Below are positions 38,114-47,963 of a stretch of DNA of 63,486 bases, in pieces (the stretch's first letter is position 1; each line of letters opens with the position of its first letter). The position numbers were made by a program, and so were the translations under genes. The notes beneath the pieces were generated by a model. The model had not been told where the DNA came from, searched no databases, and saw only the letters and a list, made by a program, of their open reading frames with translations. The DNA is from Candidatus Woesebacteria bacterium GW2011_GWA1_44_23. GTDB taxonomy: Bacteria > Patescibacteriota > Microgenomatia > UBA8517. Where the stretch lies: contig LCIL01000004.1 of NCBI GenBank assembly GCA_001001045.1, forward strand, positions 1-63,486, given 5' to 3'.

Positions 38114-38195
38114 ACAGATTACATAGAACAAACAACATAGTTGAATCACCCTCACAACCCTATGTTTATTGCCCTTTGTTATATGGCTTAACAAT

Positions 38196-39557
38196 ATGGA
38201 TAACACACAAATCTGGAAGGATTCGCTAGAAATAATAAAGGTTTCGGTTTCGCCGGCGATATTTTCCACATGGTTTTCTCAAAGTTATATTTCTTCCATC
38301 GAGGAAGCGGGCCACAGAATTATTGCCGAGGTGGGCTGTCCCACATCTTTCGCGAAAAACACTATCGAGTCAAGGTATTTTGGACTCGTTCAGGATTCTT
38401 TAAGTAAAGTTTTAGGCAAGAACTGCGATTTGATATTTATTGTCAAGACTAACCCAAATACACAAAAGTCGCTGGAAGAGACAGCAACTCCTCTTTTCTC
38501 GGTAGAGAAGGAAGGAAATGATTTGCTTGAGGTGTTGCAAAGAGCCCGGATCAGGCCCAGTTTTACTTTTGAAAACTTTGCCGTCTCTTCTTCCAATCAA
38601 ATGGCTCACGCCGCAGCGGAAGCGGTGTCCCAAAGTCTGGGAAGCGCATACAATCCTTTGTTTATCTGGGGTGGGGTGGGGGTAGGGAAGACCCATTTAA
38701 TGGCTTCTGTCGGGAATTACATTCTACGAAAGTCCCCGGACAAAAAGGTTATTTTTTGCACGGGTGAGGATTTTACCAACGATATTGTCGAGGGTATTAG
38801 AAATAAAACTACCCAGGCTTTCAGAAATAAATACAGAAAACTCGATCTTCTATTAATTGATGACATTCAATTCATAGCCGGTAAAGATACCGTACAGGAA
38901 GAGTTTTTTCATACTTTCAACGCCGTTACATCGGTAGGAGGACAAATTATCCTGACCTCGGACAGGCCCCCTTCAGAAATATCCAAACTCGAGGAGCGCC
39001 TCAGAAGCAGATTTGAGGCTGGTCTGATTGTCGACATTGCTCCGCCCGATTTTGAACTTAGGTGCGCAATAACGCAAATAAAAGCCCGGGAGAAGGGAAT
39101 CGCCCTTACCCCTGAACAGGCACAAATAATCGCCGCCAATTCGGAATCGGCAAGAAAAATCGAGGGGCTTTTAACGAAGCTTTTGACGGAAATTCATGTT
39201 AAAAAAATTCCGGTAACAAACGAGCTTGTTGAAGCGTCTTTTGCAAAAAACCTTGAAACGGGAAGTAATTTAAAAAGAAGCACCCCCGATGAAGTAACGG
39301 ATGTTGTTTCCAAATACTACCAGGTGGGAAAAAGGCTTCTTTTAGGCGACAGCCGGGTCAGGCCCATTGCCCGCCCCAGACAGGTTCTCATGTATCTGCT
39401 AAGGACCCATCTTGGCGTTCCTCTGGAAGAAGTGGGTAGGGTGGTTGGGGGAAGGGACCATACAACGGTTATGCACGCCGTGGAAAAAATTACACAATTG
39501 GCCACGGTCGATGTGCAAATCCGTGAGGATATCTTAAAAATTAAGCAAAGCATTTGA
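38196..39557 (+). CDS. dnaA: Chromosomal replication initiator DnaA
   Basis: YNPLFIWGGVGVGKTHL, LLLIDDIQF, RLRSRF, RQVLMYL, GRDHTTVMHA. Start ATG 38196. Confidence 0.98.
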   Translation: MDNTQIWKDSLEIIKVSVSPAIFSTWFSQSYISSIEEAGHRIIAEVGCPTSFAKNTIESRYFGLVQDSLSKVLGKNCDLIFIVKTNPNTQKSLEETATPLFSVEKEGNDLLEVLQRARIRPSFTFENFAVSSSNQMAHAAAEAVSQSLGSAYNPLFIWGGVGVGKTHLMASVGNYILRKSPDKKVIFCTGEDFTNDIVEGIRNKTTQAFRNKYRKLDLLLIDDIQFIAGKDTVQEEFFHTFNAVTSVGGQIILTSDRPPSEISKLEERLRSRFEAGLIVDIAPPDFELRCAITQIKAREKGIALTPEQAQIIAANSESARKIEGLLTKLLTEIHVKKIPVTNELVEASFAKNLETGSNLKRSTPDEVTDVVSKYYQVGKRLLLGDSRVRPIARPRQVLMYLLRTHLGVPLEEVGRVVGGRDHTTVMHAVEKITQLATVDVQIREDILKIKQSI

Positions 39558-39760
39558 GGATAAATATTTGTGCTTATATACTTATAAACATCGTGCGTAT
39601 ATTTATCCACAAAACTATCAACATTATGCCAGGCTTGTTATTAACACGAAATTGTCCCGAAAATGACATTTAAAAACGAACAGTTCTCAACTTATCAACA
39701 CCGCCTACTACTAGAACTACTAGTTAATATATGGTAAAAACAGAAAACAAAACCACGGGA
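39555..39760. other. Replication origin oriC (dnaA-dnaN intergenic)
   Basis: TTATCCACA 39603-11 plus degenerate boxes at 39555, 39582, 39615, 39638, 39684 and 39692; CCGC; CTA-repeat DnaA-trios 39705-22; AT-rich TTAATATAT. Confidence 0.88.
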
Positions 39761-39789
39761 TAAAATCAAATGGTTGTGTATTAAATTTT

Positions 39790-40899
39790 ATGAAATTGCA
39801 AATCCTTCAAGAAAATCTGGAAAAGGCTGTTAATACCACATCCAGGTTTGCAAGTTCGAGAGCGCAACTTCCTGTTTTGGGAAACATTCTTATTTCTACC
39901 AGAAAAAGTAAAATCCATGTATCCTCAACAAATTTGGAGATATCCGCATCGGTTCAGGTAGGGGCTAAAATTGAAGAGGAGGGGGAAATAAGTGTACCGG
40001 CCAAAATAATTTCAGAACTCGTGGCCAACTTGCCAAAGGAAACCGTGGATATGGTTTCTGAAAAGGAACAGCTAAAAGTGTCTGTATCGGGATTCTCGTC
40101 GACTATTTTGGGAATGAATTCATCCGATTTTCCAAAAATTCCAAATAGTGTCGATAAAGAAAAATCAATAGGTTTTCAGCAAAATGAACTAGTAAAAGCC
40201 CTGGGACAGGTCCTTTTTGCTACATCCACTGACGAAACAAGGCCAATCTTAACTGGTGTGTTGTTTTTATTTGGGAAAAATTCAATATCACTTGTTGCAA
40301 CGGACGGGTTCAGGTTGTCCAGGAAAACCCTTTCTTTTAAAATGGCAAAGAAGGTCAGCAACAGCGTGGTCATACCAAAAGGCGTGCTTGGCGAAATTTC
40401 AAGAACACCCTCGGAAGAAGCTGAAATCTATTTTGGAGTACAGGAAAAGGAAAAACAGGTGATTTTTGGAATAGGGGACACTGTACTTACATCACGGCTT
40501 TTGGAAGGGGAATACCCCGATTTCGAGAAGATAATTCCCAAAGCCTCGTCGATAAAGGTGTTTTTGGATAAGGAAGAGTTCACCCGGGCGGTTAAGCTGG
40601 CATCTATTTTCGCCAGAGAGTCGGCTAACATAGTCAGAATAAAGGTGTTAAAAGACAGTATTAACGTTTCAGCGGAAAGCAGTGCTGCGGGAAGCCAGGA
40701 AACCAAAGTGGACGCAAGAGTCGAATCTACCGAAAAAAATTTTGAAATAGCTTTTAATTACCGTTTTGTAGAGGAATTTTTACACTCCGCCTCAGGGGAA
40801 GAGATAAAAGTGGAGTTTACTTCAATCACGGCTCCCGGGGTTTTTACTGATACGTCGGACTCCTCATACCTTCATCTTGTAATGCCTGTAAAAGTTTAA
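39790..40899 (+). CDS. dnaN: DNA polymerase III beta clamp
   Basis: RPILTGV, VATDGFRL, RLLEGEYPD, IAFNYRF, LVMPV. Confidence 0.97.
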   Translation: MKLQILQENLEKAVNTTSRFASSRAQLPVLGNILISTRKSKIHVSSTNLEISASVQVGAKIEEEGEISVPAKIISELVANLPKETVDMVSEKEQLKVSVSGFSSTILGMNSSDFPKIPNSVDKEKSIGFQQNELVKALGQVLFATSTDETRPILTGVLFLFGKNSISLVATDGFRLSRKTLSFKMAKKVSNSVVIPKGVLGEISRTPSEEAEIYFGVQEKEKQVIFGIGDTVLTSRLLEGEYPDFEKIIPKASSIKVFLDKEEFTRAVKLASIFARESANIVRIKVLKDSINVSAESSAAGSQETKVDARVESTEKNFEIAFNYRFVEEFLHSASGEEIKVEFTSITAPGVFTDTSDSSYLHLVMPVKV

Positions 40900-40905
40900 T
40901 GATAT

Positions 40906-41472
40906 TTATTGTGAAGGCCTGAGGGTTTCGGTGTAATCGGAAGCGTATTGAGTCTTAAAATCTTCTATTGTGGTTGGCGGAAAATACCAGATCTCAAAGA
41001 CTATTCCTGAATACTGGTTACCCACATAGGCGACCCCTTTGTTGGGATAAACATACAAATTAAAACTACTTGTTGAGAGGGGGCCATATAAAACATATTC
41101 ATAGCTGCCGTATTTCTCATTAATATTGGTAATACTTATTTTGTCGGACTCTGTTACTTGCTGTTTTACAAAATAAAGAACCCCAGACCGAAGATTAAAT
41201 TCGTTATTAAAATTAGGGTTACTTGACTCATATTCAAGTAAAGTGACGGCATCGTTTTGTGTTTCCTTGACCGGTGTACCCAAAGTTTTTTGGACGTCAT
41301 CTATCGTGCTGACACCCGGGGTAAGGTCGTTGTATGACGCTCCAGTTTTGGGAATTGAAGAGGTTTTTTTTTGGAGATTTCCCTTTGGCAAGGAAACAAG
41401 AATGATGTAACCGATGGAAATTACCGAAATTAAAAACAAAGGTATCAAGATTTTTTTATATTTTGTTTTCAT
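40906..41472 (-). CDS. Membrane-anchored extracellular hypothetical protein (SmpA/BLIP-like)
   Basis: N-terminal TM; LTPGVSTIDDVQKTLGTP, ITNINEKYG and YVYPNKGVAY duplicated alpha/beta units. Confidence 0.6.
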   Translation of the reverse strand: MKTKYKKILIPLFLISVISIGYIILVSLPKGNLQKKTSSIPKTGASYNDLTPGVSTIDDVQKTLGTPVKETQNDAVTLLEYESSNPNFNNEFNLRSGVLYFVKQQVTESDKISITNINEKYGSYEYVLYGPLSTSSFNLYVYPNKGVAYVGNQYSGIVFEIWYFPPTTIEDFKTQYASDYTETLRPSQ

Positions 41473-41486
41473 AGATTTATTTTACA

Positions 41487-44243
41487 TTAATTGAAAACAT
41501 ATCTCATTAAAAATTGGTAGTGGATAGGCCATTGCCGTTGAACACTCCCACACCTTGGTTCAATTATGTGTAGAGCAATTGATTCGGGTAATGACTCACC
41601 CTCATTCCAGCTTTGCGTGGCGCCGTAGAAGCAATAAGGAGCCTCGGTTTTTATACCCGGGAATCTCCTGTAGGCATCGAAGACATAGCCCGTCTTTGAG
41701 CCTCCGGCTAAGGCGTGTCCCAGTTCATGGGAAAGTATATAAAGAGCGTCGGCTTGGTTTGTAACACCTATGGGGAAGAAATCTATATATGTTCCATGAT
41801 AATAACCCCAAAAGCCATCCAGGCCGCTGGGATTGTACTTTAGGGGTAGAGACGTGTACGACATACAAACCTTGGAAACATAGCTGCTGTATTTCGAAAC
41901 CAGTACGCTTCTGGCGTAAACTATGTTCGCATAATATTGAGACGGCCACTCTTTTTCGTTGACTTCGAGGCATGCCGTAGGCGGGGTTCCAATTGAGACC
42001 GAAGCCGAACCCGACACTTCCTGTTTTGCAGCATCCTGTGTATCGGCAACAACAGTAAAAGTATCCAAGATGATCGAATCTTTGTACTCACTTCCGGAAT
42101 ATCTTTCACTGTAGGTAAAGGTGTAAGGACTGCTTGGGGATATTGAAGCCGGTACGTCCGTTGGAACCTGTGAAGGACATTTATTTGACGGCCCCGACGT
42201 TAGTATTTGGCAATCGTTACTGAAGGTAATATTTGTCAGTACGCTCTTTTTTGCCGTCACAGTAACGGTGTAGGTAATCAGTTGAGGTAAATCGGTGTTC
42301 TTGAAGGGCCCCGCGGGGCTGGCCACCTTGTCAACCTGAATATAGGGGTTTGAGCCCAAGCTGGTTAGAGATGTAGGAGGAACAATGTAAGCGCCTGAAT
42401 TGATTATAAAAAGAATAAAGGCAACAACTACGGGAAAAACCAGTAGGGTTACTATGATCGGCATTCCTATTGATGCCAAGAAGGCTCCGCCCAAAGCTCC
42501 AAGGAAAGCCGCAATTCCACTCCCAATACTTGATAAAGATGCCCCCAGAGTCGAAAGCCCGCCGTTCATAATTCCGCCGACAATTCCAACCCCTCCGCCA
42601 ACCGATAGTGCTATGCCAATGACGGAGTTGGGAAAAACGAGTAAGCCCGCGGCCAGCATTCCGCCTGATATTGCGATGAGATTCTCTTTGATTTTGGGTA
42701 AAAGGCCTTTGGCTGCTTTGATAATCTTGTTAATGATCTTTGCGCCAACCATTTCTACTAAAAACGCCCCCACGGTTCCTATTACAGGGGCAAGGGGGCC
42801 TGTCCAAGCAAAAGTCGCCGTTATTGCTGCGGCCAGTCCTGTTCCGGTTGCAGCCCCGATTGCCACCTTTGTTCCGGCTGGTGCAACCACTTTTTCAACA
42901 ACTTCTACCCCAATTTTTTCTGCAGCTTTCTTAACACCAAAATTTATTCCAGTTTTTTCTCCCAACCGGCCCAATATCGGTCCGAAACCAGAACTGATAG
43001 CTATCCTTCCAAAAAGTGAGCCTTCGGCAGCAACCCAAGGTGCAGTCTCGACAATTGCAAGTGAAGACAAACCGGACTGCGTGATTTCTGAACTGTAGGT
43101 TATAGGCAATGAACCGTCCGTTGGTAGCTTTGAAACATGGTCTTTGAGTCGTTCTCCTATACCCGACAAAATATGAGACCTTATTTCTCGTTCGCCAAAA
43201 TTTCCTACGTTCTCAAGTAGTAAGCCTTGTTGGTTTAGAGTTTCGAGATGGGGCAAAATTATTTGCTGGTTAAGATCAAAGTCTCTAAAGCCGCCCCCTG
43301 GTGTTTCAGAGATCTGGACGGTTACGTTTTCTGGGATTGTAATACCATCAATCTTGGAGACGTCGATAAAATGTTCGACTAATTCAGATTGCGCAGTCTT
43401 TTGCTCGACAAATAACCCAATTATATTTTTGAAATCCGTTTGCTTCTCGATATCCGGAACAAGTTTATTTAAAATTTTCGGACTTGCGATAATCTTTTTA
43501 GCTAAAGCAATTTGAATAACAGGAGAATTGTCCGTTAATACGTCATAGGTGGTTACAGCAGCCTGTTCACTCGCAATTTGAAGTTCATCCGTTGTTACAC
43601 CTTTGATATTGGAATTACTTCTAAACCGTTTTGCCGCGTCTTCTATAAACTTCTTGGGATCAGCTTTGGCCTGTTGCTTCAGGCTCTCAACTGCCTGAGT
43701 TGCCGCTACCGGATTTTTTTCAACTTTAAAGTAAACCTTTTGGTTTACAAGCGCCCCCCTTATTGCATCGGCTTTTCTTACCTCGTCCAAAACGGCCACT
43801 CTTTGTTCTTTGACTGCATCTTCCTGCGTTTTTTTCCGTAAGGATTCCTTTGCCAAGTCTTCTTTTGTTTCTACCACCTTCTCAACATTCTTTTTGGCTT
43901 CCCGCGCTGCCGCCTGCTGAGCCTCGGCCCTTTTTTTGCCCTCTTCCTCAAGCGTTTCAAGCTGTTCCTTTGTGGGCCTATTTGCCTTGGGTGCTTCTTC
44001 TGCTTCTACTAATTTCTCGACAGCCAACTGGGCCTTTTTAATATTTTCAAAGTCCTTCTCCGATTTTATCTGGACACCTGTGAGTCTATATACAAAACCC
44101 ATAAATTCTTTCCGGTTATCCCAATTGAATTCACCTGAAGTGTAGGGTTTGTCGGTTGAATAGATGGTGTCTTCGGGGAAGAAGTGGGAAAATGCTTCTC
44201 TGATATATTTTACGTTTTCTTTTGAGAGGCTTATGTTTGCCAT
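41487..44243 (-). CDS. Large T4SS-associated membrane protein: coiled coil, Gly/Ala-rich TM bundle, Ig-like domain, HExxH domain
   Basis: Charged helical N-terminus; hydrophobic GA-rich segment; VDKVASP...ITYTVTVTA; YILSHELGHAL (41715-29) with downstream ESLPE. Confidence 0.75.
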   Translation of the reverse strand: MANISLSKENVKYIREAFSHFFPEDTIYSTDKPYTSGEFNWDNRKEFMGFVYRLTGVQIKSEKDFENIKKAQLAVEKLVEAEEAPKANRPTKEQLETLEEEGKKRAEAQQAAAREAKKNVEKVVETKEDLAKESLRKKTQEDAVKEQRVAVLDEVRKADAIRGALVNQKVYFKVEKNPVAATQAVESLKQQAKADPKKFIEDAAKRFRSNSNIKGVTTDELQIASEQAAVTTYDVLTDNSPVIQIALAKKIIASPKILNKLVPDIEKQTDFKNIIGLFVEQKTAQSELVEHFIDVSKIDGITIPENVTVQISETPGGGFRDFDLNQQIILPHLETLNQQGLLLENVGNFGEREIRSHILSGIGERLKDHVSKLPTDGSLPITYSSEITQSGLSSLAIVETAPWVAAEGSLFGRIAISSGFGPILGRLGEKTGINFGVKKAAEKIGVEVVEKVVAPAGTKVAIGAATGTGLAAAITATFAWTGPLAPVIGTVGAFLVEMVGAKIINKIIKAAKGLLPKIKENLIAISGGMLAAGLLVFPNSVIGIALSVGGGVGIVGGIMNGGLSTLGASLSSIGSGIAAFLGALGGAFLASIGMPIIVTLLVFPVVVAFILFIINSGAYIVPPTSLTSLGSNPYIQVDKVASPAGPFKNTDLPQLITYTVTVTAKKSVLTNITFSNDCQILTSGPSNKCPSQVPTDVPASISPSSPYTFTYSERYSGSEYKDSIILDTFTVVADTQDAAKQEVSGSASVSIGTPPTACLEVNEKEWPSQYYANIVYARSVLVSKYSSYVSKVCMSYTSLPLKYNPSGLDGFWGYYHGTYIDFFPIGVTNQADALYILSHELGHALAGGSKTGYVFDAYRRFPGIKTEAPYCFYGATQSWNEGESLPESIALHIIEPRCGSVQRQWPIHYQFLMRYVFN

Positions 44244-44245
44244 TT

Positions 44246-46114
44246 TTATTTAACTTCGTACGGATTCGTGTTTATTTTAATAACCTCCTGGGGTTTTGTG
44301 GTAACTATTCTATTCTCTTCCTCTGAGGCAACAACCCTGATTGGAGCATGATGAGGGCCTGCAAAAAATATTCCCTCTCCCACGTTTGCCGCAAGGAGCA
44401 GTTGTTTTTCTCCCTGGGAAAGGTAAAAAACTTCCCCTATTTTGTCTATTGCCGCAGGGCTTTGTTTAAGAAGGACCTGTATGGCGCTATTTGTAACAAT
44501 GGCTTTACCGATATCCTGGCTCAGGAAATCTTCAACATCCTGAGTAATTGTTGTGAGGCCTAAATAGTATTTCCTTGCCCTTTTAACAACGCTCCACAAA
44601 AATTGTGCCGTATCGGGGTACTTCATCATCTGCCAGGCCTCTTCGGCGATTAAGATGCGTTTCTTGAGGTCTTTTTTAACCCTTGTCCAAATAAAGTCGA
44701 GAATAATAAACATGGCGATCGGCCGAAGCGCGTCCTGCAAATCCTTAACCGAAAAAACCGTGAAGGGATTATTGATGTTGATGTTGGTCTGCTTGTCAAA
44801 AATTCCGACAAAAGATCCCCTTACAAACTTTTCAATTCTTGCAGCAAGGTCGAGAGCTTCGGGAGATTCCATCCCGATTAAAGTTTTATACAAATCCTCC
44901 ATAAGAGGGGGTTCGCGGCTTTGAGTGTCGGGGTCCATTGTTATTCCCTTGTTTCTATATGTCATGACAAAAGCTCGGTCAAGGAGAGCCTCCTGGGTTG
45001 GGGTAATTGCCCCCATAATTACTTTTAAAAGTGAATGTAAGGAAAGAATCTTTTGCCCCAGCTGGTTTTCGCCTTCTTCCCTGATTTGTGCCAGATCAAA
45101 GGGATTGATTTTAGCCGGAGCGTTGAAGGAGAAGGAAATGTACTCTCCTCCCACGGCGGTGGTTAAGGGTTTATATTCACTTTCGGGGTCAATGACAATT
45201 ACCTCCGTTCCTGTCATAAGCGACCTTAGGGCTTCAAGTTTTACAAAATACGACTTTCCGGCACCGGAGGTGGCAAATATTGTCATGTTTGCATTTTCAA
45301 GACTGAAGCGGTCAAAAATTATGAATGATTCATTCTGGGAATTAATGCCGTAAAGAACTCCGCGGTCGCTCGAAAGCTCCGTTGAGGTTAAAGGAAACGT
45401 TGTGGCGACTGAGGTTGTATCCATGTTTCTTGTGATATTAAGCCTATCCATTCCGAAAGGAGCGGTTGAAAGGAAACCCGACTCCTGGTCCAGGAGAGCG
45501 TGTTTGCTTACGATTAAGAGCGATCCGAGTTGGGCCTCCACCTGCTTGGTTATATGATTAAGCTCTTCAACCGAATTGGCAGGGATGGTTATGTAAAAAC
45601 TGAATTCGTAAAATCTTTCGATCCCCTTAACCAGCTGTTCCTGAAGTGTTTGCGCATCTTCAAGTTTAGCCTGAGTTGTAGGATCAACGATTTTGCCGCG
45701 TTCGATATCGGTGGACATTTCGGCTTCCATCTCCGCGATTTTGCGCCTCAGGTCGTCAAGAACCGTTTTTCCGTCAACAGGATAGACATAAAAGGAAATA
45801 TCAAGTGATGTGTCGATATTGACAACCGGTTCAAGCCAACCCGGGGCGACAAATCTGGGGTATCCGCCAACAAAAACCGTACGGAAATAAATATCGTTGA
45901 TTTTAATGTAATCAAAATCCTCTTCAATGGTTTGGGGAGCAATGGCGTCAAGCAAATTCATGCCCTGGGAAATGGCCAGATTTGGATCGGCGACCTTGGG
46001 TTTTACTTCAGGTGCCTGAACCTGGGAGCCGGCATCTGGAACAGCGGAATTTTCCGCGTGATTTACAACTATTGACTCACCTCCTGTATTATTGTTTGGG
46101 TTGTTCATGTTCAA
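44246..46114 (-). CDS. virB4: VirB4/TraE-like conjugation-family ATPase
   Basis: RNMDTTSVATTFP, FDRFSLENAN, ATSGAGKS, VIDPESEY, INPFD, IAEEAW, RARKYYLG...TQDVEDF. Confidence 0.9.
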   Translation of the reverse strand: MNMNNPNNNTGGESIVVNHAENSAVPDAGSQVQAPEVKPKVADPNLAISQGMNLLDAIAPQTIEEDFDYIKINDIYFRTVFVGGYPRFVAPGWLEPVVNIDTSLDISFYVYPVDGKTVLDDLRRKIAEMEAEMSTDIERGKIVDPTTQAKLEDAQTLQEQLVKGIERFYEFSFYITIPANSVEELNHITKQVEAQLGSLLIVSKHALLDQESGFLSTAPFGMDRLNITRNMDTTSVATTFPLTSTELSSDRGVLYGINSQNESFIIFDRFSLENANMTIFATSGAGKSYFVKLEALRSLMTGTEVIVIDPESEYKPLTTAVGGEYISFSFNAPAKINPFDLAQIREEGENQLGQKILSLHSLLKVIMGAITPTQEALLDRAFVMTYRNKGITMDPDTQSREPPLMEDLYKTLIGMESPEALDLAARIEKFVRGSFVGIFDKQTNININNPFTVFSVKDLQDALRPIAMFIILDFIWTRVKKDLKKRILIAEEAWQMMKYPDTAQFLWSVVKRARKYYLGLTTITQDVEDFLSQDIGKAIVTNSAIQVLLKQSPAAIDKIGEVFYLSQGEKQLLLAANVGEGIFFAGPHHAPIRVVASEEENRIVTTKPQEVIKINTNPYEVK

Positions 46115-46784
46115 GTGTTACCTCCGGTTCTTTTTTGACCGCCGGGTGCTCGGGATTATAAACGGAATGATAAAGGGCAATGAGGTCGGCAGTGCCGAGC
46201 TGCTTAAACTTAATTCCCAGCCGACCCGCCTGCCGGATTAGGTGGTCGCGCCTTGGGTAAAGAGTGATTTTTGCTTTTTTAATTACATATGATTTTGTAA
46301 AGGGGAGCGGCCCCTCCCGTTTTGCAAGTGCGGCGACGGACTTTCCGACTCCAAGTTCAAGGGGGGAGAGATAAAGCACAACAAAAAACCTTTTTCCGAG
46401 AACGTTCTTTTTCTTAACGGATTCCATAATAAAACTTTTGTAACCTTGCATTAGTTTGGCGAGAATGGGTTGAGTAAGCTTTTTTGCCTCTTCGTCCAGG
46501 AAACTTAAATAGGAAGACACATCCTTCCTTTGTGTAAGTACGACAATTTGGATGGAGAAGGTTAGGGAGTTAATCATTGCGGCATAGGCTGCGATGACGG
46601 CGGCCTGTTCCTTTTCGGACAAAAGACCGAAGTTTAAGGATGTGGATTCCATCACCAGAGCCGCGCCTCCATCCTTGTAAATGACAACATCATTTGTAAT
46701 ATCGGCGATCGGGAGATGTTCCTGGGTGGTAGATGTCAGGGGTTTGTCGGGAGTGCTTAGGAATGGAATTTTTGGCAGTATCAT
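46089..46784 (-). CDS. VirB4-associated protein (resembles the N-terminal region of TraC/VirB4)
   Basis: TQEHLPIADI...LVMESTSLNFGLLSEKEQ...NSLTFSIQI; lies between prgI and virB4. Confidence 0.65.
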   Translation of the reverse strand: MILPKIPFLSTPDKPLTSTTQEHLPIADITNDVVIYKDGGAALVMESTSLNFGLLSEKEQAAVIAAYAAMINSLTFSIQIVVLTQRKDVSSYLSFLDEEAKKLTQPILAKLMQGYKSFIMESVKKKNVLGKRFFVVLYLSPLELGVGKSVAALAKREGPLPFTKSYVIKKAKITLYPRRDHLIRQAGRLGIKFKQLGTADLIALYHSVYNPEHPAVKKEPEVTLEHEQPKQ

Positions 46785-46788
46785 AAGG

Positions 46789-47859
46789 TTATGTTTGAGC
46801 TATCGGCTGCGTATAAAATTGATTCGTCGGTCGGGGGACGGTGCCGGATTCGACATTGGGAAATCCGGGTTCCAGTTTTCGGCCTTCTACCAAAATCGGC
46901 GGAATTAATGTTCCGGCCGCCTCAAAACTGACAGGGGAGAATTGGTAACCGTCTTTTTCGGTTGCAATTTCGTATCTACCGCTATCCAATGGCGTGACGA
47001 TAATAAAGTGCCCGACCTTGTTGCTTCTAAGTGCGCGGACGGGACGTCCCGCCTCGTCCCTTATTTCCATAATAGCCCCTTCAATTATTCTTCTTCCTTC
47101 ATCAACCACTTGTCCAACCACGACGTTGGGAGTTGTCGGGGGATTAGGCGGAGCGGCATCAACGGAAAAAATAGCCTGTTTTGTTGAAACAATTTCCTCT
47201 CCCGCGATAATCGGGGCGACACTTTGAGTAGTCGCCTTGACGATCGGGGCTTCTTTTGCTTTCTCTTCAACTACCAGGTGTGTCATGCCCTGCTGCACGA
47301 TTTTAACGGGAGCGGCAAAGGGAACATCCATTTCTTTTTTCTTCTCTACGGGTGGAGGGCTAACGGCGGCGGGAGCCGGCACCTGGCCTTTCAAACCCGC
47401 AAAAATACCACTGAGGGTTGTCATAAAGCCCTGCTCTGCCGTCTCAAGCTTAGCCAGGGGGCTACTTTGTCTGGTGGTTGTAAGATAAGCCTTAAGAGCG
47501 GCTTCCTGTTCCGATGAGGTAGACGCGGGGGGTGCTCCGACTACCTCGTCTTGAAAAACTTTGGCGGTGGAGGCGGTTTTTTTCCAGAAAAACTCGGTGG
47601 GACTATATATTGCCCTGAAAAAAGCGAAAATCCATCTCTCCAAAGGACGCTCCTCCAGCGGCACAAAAGCCATGCCTGCGCCCAGAAGAGCAGAAACGAC
47701 CACAAACGGCCATTTAATAATCCCTATAAGAGGGGAGGAGTAGAAAATAAGGGCAACCAAAAGACCCCCCGCCAGTTCAAAAAACTGTTTAAGGGTCATG
47801 TCGCCAACAAGTTTAAATTGGTACGAGGAAACGTTTTGAGGTATAGGATGTTGTTCCAT
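46789..47859 (-). CDS. prgI: PrgI (VirB3-like) protein with C-terminal beta-sandwich
   Basis: HPIPQNVSSYQFKLVGDMTLKQF, two TM, ERPLERW; C-terminal VVGQVVD...EGAIMEIRD...SNKVGHF...EKDGYQF. Confidence 0.82.
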   Translation of the reverse strand: MEQHPIPQNVSSYQFKLVGDMTLKQFFELAGGLLVALIFYSSPLIGIIKWPFVVVSALLGAGMAFVPLEERPLERWIFAFFRAIYSPTEFFWKKTASTAKVFQDEVVGAPPASTSSEQEAALKAYLTTTRQSSPLAKLETAEQGFMTTLSGIFAGLKGQVPAPAAVSPPPVEKKKEMDVPFAAPVKIVQQGMTHLVVEEKAKEAPIVKATTQSVAPIIAGEEIVSTKQAIFSVDAAPPNPPTTPNVVVGQVVDEGRRIIEGAIMEIRDEAGRPVRALRSNKVGHFIIVTPLDSGRYEIATEKDGYQFSPVSFEAAGTLIPPILVEGRKLEPGFPNVESGTVPRPTNQFYTQPIAQT

Positions 47860-47864
47860 GGGAC

Positions 47865-47900
47865 AGGCTTCTGTTATAAGCCTATTCCGTGAAGTGTCTA
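47865..47900 (-). promoter_or_regulatory. Putative prgI-virB4 promoter with palindromic operator
   Basis: TAGACA-16-TATAAC on minus strand; AGGCTT-N7-AAGCCT (47865-83) covers the -10. Confidence 0.45.
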
Positions 47901-47914
47901 ATTCAAGAGGAACC

Positions 47915-47963
47915 CGTTTTCACAGAGGGGTGTTTTTCTAAAAATGCCTCTGGGTGAAAAACG
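47915..47963. repeat. Imperfect inverted repeat (about 19 bp paired)
   Basis: CGTTTTCAC-AGAGG-GGTG-TTTTT / AAAAA-TG-CCTCT-GG-GTGAAAAACG. Confidence 0.6.

Noticed and set aside
44630-44660. VirB4 Walker B reads IAEEAW instead of hhDEAW, possibly inactive
   Set aside because: EEA variants are common in active HerA/FtsK-superfamily ATPases, and Walker A is intact.
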